50,950 bases of DNA from a virus (Duplodnaviria > Caudoviricetes). How positions within the stretch are numbered: position 1 is the first letter of the stretch; each line of letters opens with the position of its first letter. Below, one piece after another: positions 46,119 through 50,950 of this stretch. Where the stretch lies: positions 1 through 50,950 of IMG/VR virus record IMGVR_UViG_3300025864_000004. The stretch is one strand, 5' to 3'. The notes below the pieces were generated by a model. That model had not been told where the DNA came from. It did no database searches and saw nothing but the letters and a program-made list of their open reading frames with translations. A program made the position numbers and the translations under genes.

Positions 46119-46682
46119 CTAACCGAAGAGCGGACCTCCCAGCCTATCACCGTCCATAAGTGCAGCCAGAGCAGCTCGCGAGTCACCCTTGGCGATCTTG
46201 TCCGCGATAATCTTCTCTTCGTCGGTGGGAGCTGGTGCGACTACGCCAACGGGAGAACCAGAGACGCCCCAAGCAACTCTCGCCTTAGCGGCAGCGTCAA
46301 CCTTTGCCTCCTGCTCATACTTCTCCATCTCTTTCTGCATGACCTTGGATTTTTCCCTGACCATACCGGCCATGCGAGCAAGTGACTCCATGTCTTTTAT
46401 GTCTGCGGAGACTGTCTTGAAGAGGTCTTTCTCCAGCTCGTTCGCACCGGAAAGGAACTTCTCTTTGGCGTTCTGCACCATCGTAGTGTCAAACTTCTTC
46501 TGCAAGTTATCTACACGAGCAGACAGTTTCTTTGCGAGCTTGTCTTCCTTCTCGGCCACCACTTCGGCCTCTTCCTCTTCCGCTTCGTATTCCTCAGCGT
46601 CGTCTTCCGGCTCTTCGATTCCGAGAACGCTCCAAATCGACTCTTCCTGCTCTTCTTCTGGCTGGGCTGCTTCTTCCGTCAT
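46119..46682 (-). CDS. Scaffolding protein
   Basis: Acidic N-terminus, coiled coil, directly upstream of MCP. Confidence 0.7.
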   Translation of the reverse strand: MTEEAAQPEEEQEESIWSVLGIEEPEDDAEEYEAEEEEAEVVAEKEDKLAKKLSARVDNLQKKFDTTMVQNAKEKFLSGANELEKDLFKTVSADIKDMESLARMAGMVREKSKVMQKEMEKYEQEAKVDAAAKARVAWGVSGSPVGVVAPAPTDEEKIIADKIAKGDSRAALAALMDGDRLGGPLFG

Positions 46683-46691
46683 GGTATTCTC

Positions 46692-48539
46692 CTAGACCTT
46701 CTGAGTGATTAGACCTGAACCTTGCTGTTCCTGTGTTCTGTAGGGGGTGGCATTGGACTGTAGGTAAGCTTTCTGTTGTGCCAGAGCATCTTGCATCTTC
46801 TTCCTAAGCAAACCTCCCTGGGTCTTATCAACCAAATCCGTAGCGGTGGCAACATCTGCCTGCTCGCCACTCTGCCAGCCGTATGCTTCCTTTTGTTGCG
46901 CGAATTGCTGTACGTGTTGCGTGAAGTCAGTCACCGTGTTACCGCTGTGGAGGAAATCCCTCTCAAGGTCTTGAGGCATTTGCAACCCCGCGTCCGCAAA
47001 GGCGTTCACGAAACCCGTCTTGTACTCGTTGTAGAGAAGTGGGTCAGTCATAGCCGCGTTGCCCGCTCCCTGCTGTCCCGCCGCGAAGGCGTCCCAGTTA
47101 CCGTACTGACTCTTGAACTCGTTGGTATTCTTCACTTGGTCGAATAGTTGGATGGGGTCCGTATATGAGCCGGTGGCGTAGACGTTCCGAAGAGACTCAT
47201 CGGGCACTGCATTCTCCCCAAAGGTTTTCTTCCAATAGAGGTCGAAGCTAGCCGTGTCATTCCGGTAGGCGTCGGTGAGCCTGTATTGCCCGTATTCCTT
47301 CTTCACGGTCATATTGAATAGGGCGTCACTCCAGTTGCCCTCGGTGGCCCTCTTTAGTAGTGCATCAGAAATAACTGCTCCAGTGTCACCGAGTATCTCC
47401 TTCCAGAGCGTGCCGTATGTATCACGGGCCGCACCCTGTTCCGCGCGGTAGGAGAGGATATTTACCTTCTCCTCGGGAATACCGCTCTCACGTTGCTTTG
47501 TTTCCCACGCAGCATAGTCGGGGTTCAGTTCCATGAACGCCGGTAGGTCCTTCATGTCGGTGTTGCTGAATGTGGCAAAGTCCATGCTACCGACACGGTA
47601 CTTGGACATCAGGGCCTCGTCATACTTGCCCTGGTACTTGGTCCCGGCAAAGATGGAGTCCCAATTCGTCTTGAACTCATCGTCGCGCGGCTTACCCATC
47701 GTAGTCTTCCAGGCGTCGCCAGAGGTTAGGTTGAGTGTGAACTGAGTCTCGTCCCAATTGCCCTTGAGGGCGGCGAGAATAAATGCGTCGTCCACGATGT
47801 TGGTCTTCATGTCGGCGCGGTACTTCGCCTCTAGGGTCGACTTGGCGGTCACAAATGCACCGGCAGCCTCAAGGGATGACTTGAATGTCTGAGTGTGCTG
47901 CGCCAGAGCGAACCACTCGTCGAAGCCCTTAAACTGCTTATTGAACGACTTACTCTTGGCTACGACTTTGCCAAAGAACTTGGCCTCATCGTTCTTCTCG
48001 GGATCAGCCAAACCAAACTTGGTAAGCAGCCCCGGCATATCCTTCATGGACTTGTAGTCTTGTCCGAGAAGGGTTTTCAGTTGGTCTCCAAGGCTCTTCA
48101 CTCGGTCGTAGAAGAGCTTAGTGTCCTTGTAGTGCTTCGCGTCGTTCTTGCGTACCCATGTCTCTAGGGCGTCAGTGGAATACACGCCCTTCTTGGATAT
48201 GATGATGTCGAGAAGCGCCTTGGGGATGCCCGATTTGCCCCTTACGAGATCCTGGTAGGCCCGCTCCCAGCGGTCCTTCCAACCCTTCTTCTGATCAGCC
48301 TTCGCCTTTATCTCAGCAGCAGAGGGACCACTCGGCTTGGCGGGAGCGCTCGGGGCATGTCCGCCGCCGCCGCTTGGAGCGGGTGACCCGCCACCACCGC
48401 CGCCGCCTCCCGGGGAGCCGCCGCCGCCAGTGCCGCCACCGGGGGAGGCGGGCGATCCACCACCGCCACCGCCCCCACCGCCTGTGCCGGGCTTTTTGGT
48501 ATAGTGTGCGCCAATCATGGGCCATTCAAGAAATCTCAA
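46692..48539 (-). CDS. Internal virion/ejection-like protein with Gly-rich N-terminus and helical repeats
   Basis: GGAGG RBS; repeated A..GNW....F and (F/Y/W).(A/E)(W/F) units. Confidence 0.75.
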   Translation of the reverse strand: MRFLEWPMIGAHYTKKPGTGGGGGGGGGSPASPGGGTGGGGSPGGGGGGGGSPAPSGGGGHAPSAPAKPSGPSAAEIKAKADQKKGWKDRWERAYQDLVRGKSGIPKALLDIIISKKGVYSTDALETWVRKNDAKHYKDTKLFYDRVKSLGDQLKTLLGQDYKSMKDMPGLLTKFGLADPEKNDEAKFFGKVVAKSKSFNKQFKGFDEWFALAQHTQTFKSSLEAAGAFVTAKSTLEAKYRADMKTNIVDDAFILAALKGNWDETQFTLNLTSGDAWKTTMGKPRDDEFKTNWDSIFAGTKYQGKYDEALMSKYRVGSMDFATFSNTDMKDLPAFMELNPDYAAWETKQRESGIPEEKVNILSYRAEQGAARDTYGTLWKEILGDTGAVISDALLKRATEGNWSDALFNMTVKKEYGQYRLTDAYRNDTASFDLYWKKTFGENAVPDESLRNVYATGSYTDPIQLFDQVKNTNEFKSQYGNWDAFAAGQQGAGNAAMTDPLLYNEYKTGFVNAFADAGLQMPQDLERDFLHSGNTVTDFTQHVQQFAQQKEAYGWQSGEQADVATATDLVDKTQGGLLRKKMQDALAQQKAYLQSNATPYRTQEQQGSGLITQKV

Positions 48540-48568
48540 GCGTACACCTCCATAAGTAAGTCCTTATC

Positions 48569-48578
48569 ATTATACCAC
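48569..48578 (-). promoter_or_regulatory. Extended -10 promoter
   Basis: GTGGTATAAT, intergenic. Confidence 0.6.
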
Positions 48579-48582
48579 GGCT

Positions 48583-50949
48583 TTATTTACTCGTGTCCAG
48601 CAAGTCATAGGCCAAGTTTCCACCTGCTGCCTTATCAGCTTCATCCCACTGCTGCTGGAAGCTCTTGCTGATAGGGGCCTTGGGATTGCTCCATGCGTGC
48701 AGGTTTTGTTTCACCCATCCCTGCATTTGGGTTCCAAACTTGGACTCTATCGTCCAGCCCTTGTACCAGCCGTAGGGGTTGTTCGTAGCCAGCAGCGACT
48801 TTCGCCCGCTCTCCGCAATGCGGAAGGTGAAGTCCCATCCAAGAGCACGCACGGCCTCTGGCCAGTTGGCCTGCAACTCAAGTGAAGCCTTCTGCTTGAG
48901 TTTCAGGATGGTCGTCGCCTTGACGACGCCGGGAGTGTTGTAGAGTGTGGTGCGCATCTTCTCCCACTCAGCCATCGTCTTCGGCTTCACGTCAACGAAA
49001 GCAGGTTTGTCGAGAGCGAGTTGGCCCGTGCCCAGGAGCTTGGGGGCGGTTGCCCCGATGTAGGGCGCGAGAACGGGGTTCTTCGTCTTCACGGTGTGAA
49101 TGTAGTCCTGTACTTTGTAATACTCGGCTTTGTATTCCTTGGTGGCGAACGTCAGCTTCTTTAGAGCCGCGCTGCGCTTGTCGATCTCGGTGAGAAAACC
49201 CAGCAGTTTGTTGCCAAGAACCTTGGGGTCGCGTCCCCTCTCACTCCAAGACTTATCGAAGAGCGTCCAGTCGTCAGCGTGGACGCTACTCTTGTATGGT
49301 GCCAGAGCAGCAGTGAGGAATCGGCGCTGCATATCGGCGATCTCCTTCTTGCGCATCCCCACATACTGATCGTAGCGCCGTGAGCCCTGCACAAGTTCCT
49401 TGCCGTAGAGTAGGCCCGAGCCCTCCAGCCGCTTCATTCCTTCGTAGTCACCCGGGCTGAGTTGCTGTTCATTCGTGCGGCCCAGCATGTCGGGGAAGAG
49501 GTAGGGGTTGGCAAAGAGGTGGGTCTCATGGGCCTGCTTCAGAACGGTGGTGTGCTCCCTGAGGCCCACGGCCCTGTTGTCCTTCAGTAGAAGGCGGTCC
49601 ATCTCGGCCTTGTGATCTGCATAGAACTTGGCCTGAAGCGGCTTGTAATACCAATCAACGAAAGGCATCTTCGGGTCGTTTACGGCATCCTTGGCCTGAC
49701 CCTTGCGTGCCTTGTACTTCGCCGCAAAGCCCTTGTCCCATATCTTCTTCTGCGCCTCGTATTCACGAGAGAGCACGTACTTATCAACATCGTTGTAGCG
49801 AGCCTTCATGTCGATGGCAACCATTTCCGCAGAGAGCGGTTTACCGGGTGGCGTAAGAATGGTTGCGTCCTTGGGAGCAGATTCATTCCGTGGACTGACA
49901 AGCGGGATGACCCAGCGATTCTTAGAGAGGTATTCGAGCTGCTTCTCGCCGTGAAGCTCCCACGACTTCTCAACGGGGCCGTACTCCGGGTAGTCGATGA
50001 GCACCTGGGCTTTGGCCTCGGGGGTGATGGCGGATAGGTATTTCCACTGCGCCTCCGCAATGCGGCCCATGTCCAGCGTCATCTTGTACCCCGGAAGACC
50101 GAACTGTGGCGGAATGTCTACCGTGGTCTTGGCCTTCGTTGCGCCCCAGCTTCCCGGGAGGGTCCACTGGAGGCCGCTCTTCCCAGCCTCCTGCACCCTG
50201 GCGGACTTGGTAGCGGCAGCAGCATTGATTCCCTTACCATCCGTCGTGACCGCCTGCACAACTATCTCCGCTACAATGCGCTTCTTGCGAGCAACGTCGA
50301 TCTGCGCGCTACCCGGATCGGGAATACCAACCTTCTTTTCCATGTCGTAGAACGTGCTCCCCACCGCTCCGTAGATTAGCGAGTCGAGCCAGCGCATCTC
50401 AGGGCCACCCGGCTCAAATCCATTGTTCATCTTCTTGTAGAAGGCGACCGCCTCGGGGTTCCCAGAGAATTGAGCCGCCCATTCGAAGGGCACGCTGATC
50501 GTGGGGGCCACCGGCGGCAGCCAGCTCTGACCGCTAGTGCCGCTGATTCCGGCAAAGAAGTTCATCGACTGCGGGTCCACCTGATTCCCCCCGATTATGG
50601 GAACACTGTCTGGGATTCGCACCGGGGGGACGGACGAAATTGCCTTCATCAACTGATGAGTACCGAAGGGGTGGGTTGCGAAACGCTTCGCCCACCACGT
50701 CAGGAACTGGCGGTAGGCGGGGAGGAACATGACGACGTTGCGCATGTTCTCTTCGACAAGTGTGCGACCGGAGAGGTAAGAGAGTTCGTCCGTCTTCGCG
50801 ACAGCGTACTTGCGGGACACATCCAGCTTCTCTAGGCGCGGCATTTCGATACCGTCAAGAGTCCTCATGCGCTCATCGAAAAACATCCCGAACTCCTGCT
50901 TCTTCAGGTGCGTGGCCATATGCCCAAGCGTCCCCAGAACTGTGTCGGA
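48583..50949 (-). CDS. Giant internal-virion/polyvalent protein, C-terminal part
   Basis: In frame with 1..5136 through the terminal overlap; FLPAYRQF-type C-terminal region. Confidence 0.88.
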   Translation of the reverse strand, partial: SDTVLGTLGHMATHLKKQEFGMFFDERMRTLDGIEMPRLEKLDVSRKYAVAKTDELSYLSGRTLVEENMRNVVMFLPAYRQFLTWWAKRFATHPFGTHQLMKAISSVPPVRIPDSVPIIGGNQVDPQSMNFFAGISGTSGQSWLPPVAPTISVPFEWAAQFSGNPEAVAFYKKMNNGFEPGGPEMRWLDSLIYGAVGSTFYDMEKKVGIPDPGSAQIDVARKKRIVAEIVVQAVTTDGKGINAAAATKSARVQEAGKSGLQWTLPGSWGATKAKTTVDIPPQFGLPGYKMTLDMGRIAEAQWKYLSAITPEAKAQVLIDYPEYGPVEKSWELHGEKQLEYLSKNRWVIPLVSPRNESAPKDATILTPPGKPLSAEMVAIDMKARYNDVDKYVLSREYEAQKKIWDKGFAAKYKARKGQAKDAVNDPKMPFVDWYYKPLQAKFYADHKAEMDRLLLKDNRAVGLREHTTVLKQAHETHLFANPYLFPDMLGRTNEQQLSPGDYEGMKRLEGSGLLYGKELVQGSRRYDQYVGMRKKEIADMQRRFLTAALAPYKSSVHADDWTLFDKSWSERGRDPKVLGNKLLGFLTEIDKRSAALKKLTFATKEYKAEYYKVQDYIHTVKTKNPVLAPYIGATAPKLLGTGQLALDKPAFVDVKPKTMAEWEKMRTTLYNTPGVVKATTILKLKQKASLELQANWPEAVRALGWDFTFRIAESGRKSLLATNNPYGWYKGWTIESKFGTQMQGWVKQNLHAWSNPKAPISKSFQQQWDEADKAAGGNLAYDLLDTSK

Positions 50950-50950
50950 G
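50824..50950. repeat. Terminal direct repeat, copy 2
   Basis: Identical to 1-127. Confidence 0.97.

Noticed and set aside
1-50950. Genome-wide stop-codon reassignment
   Set aside because: Core genes are intact in code 11; split junctions use both TAA and TGA and change frame, so simple readthrough would not fuse them

Overview
The window is a complete, circularly assembled genome of a temperate, podovirus-like tailed phage. Bases 1-127 equal 50824-50950, giving 50,823 unique bp. The host is probably an actinobacterium (inferred). Minus strand from 10.8 kb through the junction to 22.2 kb: terminase subunits, portal, a ~2,458-aa ejection/polyvalent protein that spans the junction and is missed by the ORF track, scaffold, major capsid, fibre and tail genes, lysis genes, and a replication/recombination block (SSB, Dam-like MTase, Cas4-like nuclease, DnaB). 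The plus strand (10.9-22.2 kb) holds accessory and early genes including a T7 Ocr-like DNA mimic, plus a minus-strand tyrosine integrase. The most striking signal is in the fibre/tail module (33-43 kb): three protein domains are each cut in two at a TAATG/TGATG stop-start overlap, with the halves in different genes. In two cases the same new N-terminal domain family sits in the break, and one half-domain also occurs on a Tat-signal protein. This suggests split-domain docking or recoding. Other signals: a seven-copy GGATGG promoter class, a leader sequestering the capsid SD, DtxR/IdeR-like boxes next to a palindromic array, and shared hinge/junction repeats in small genes. All calls come from motif recognition by eye; no searches were run.
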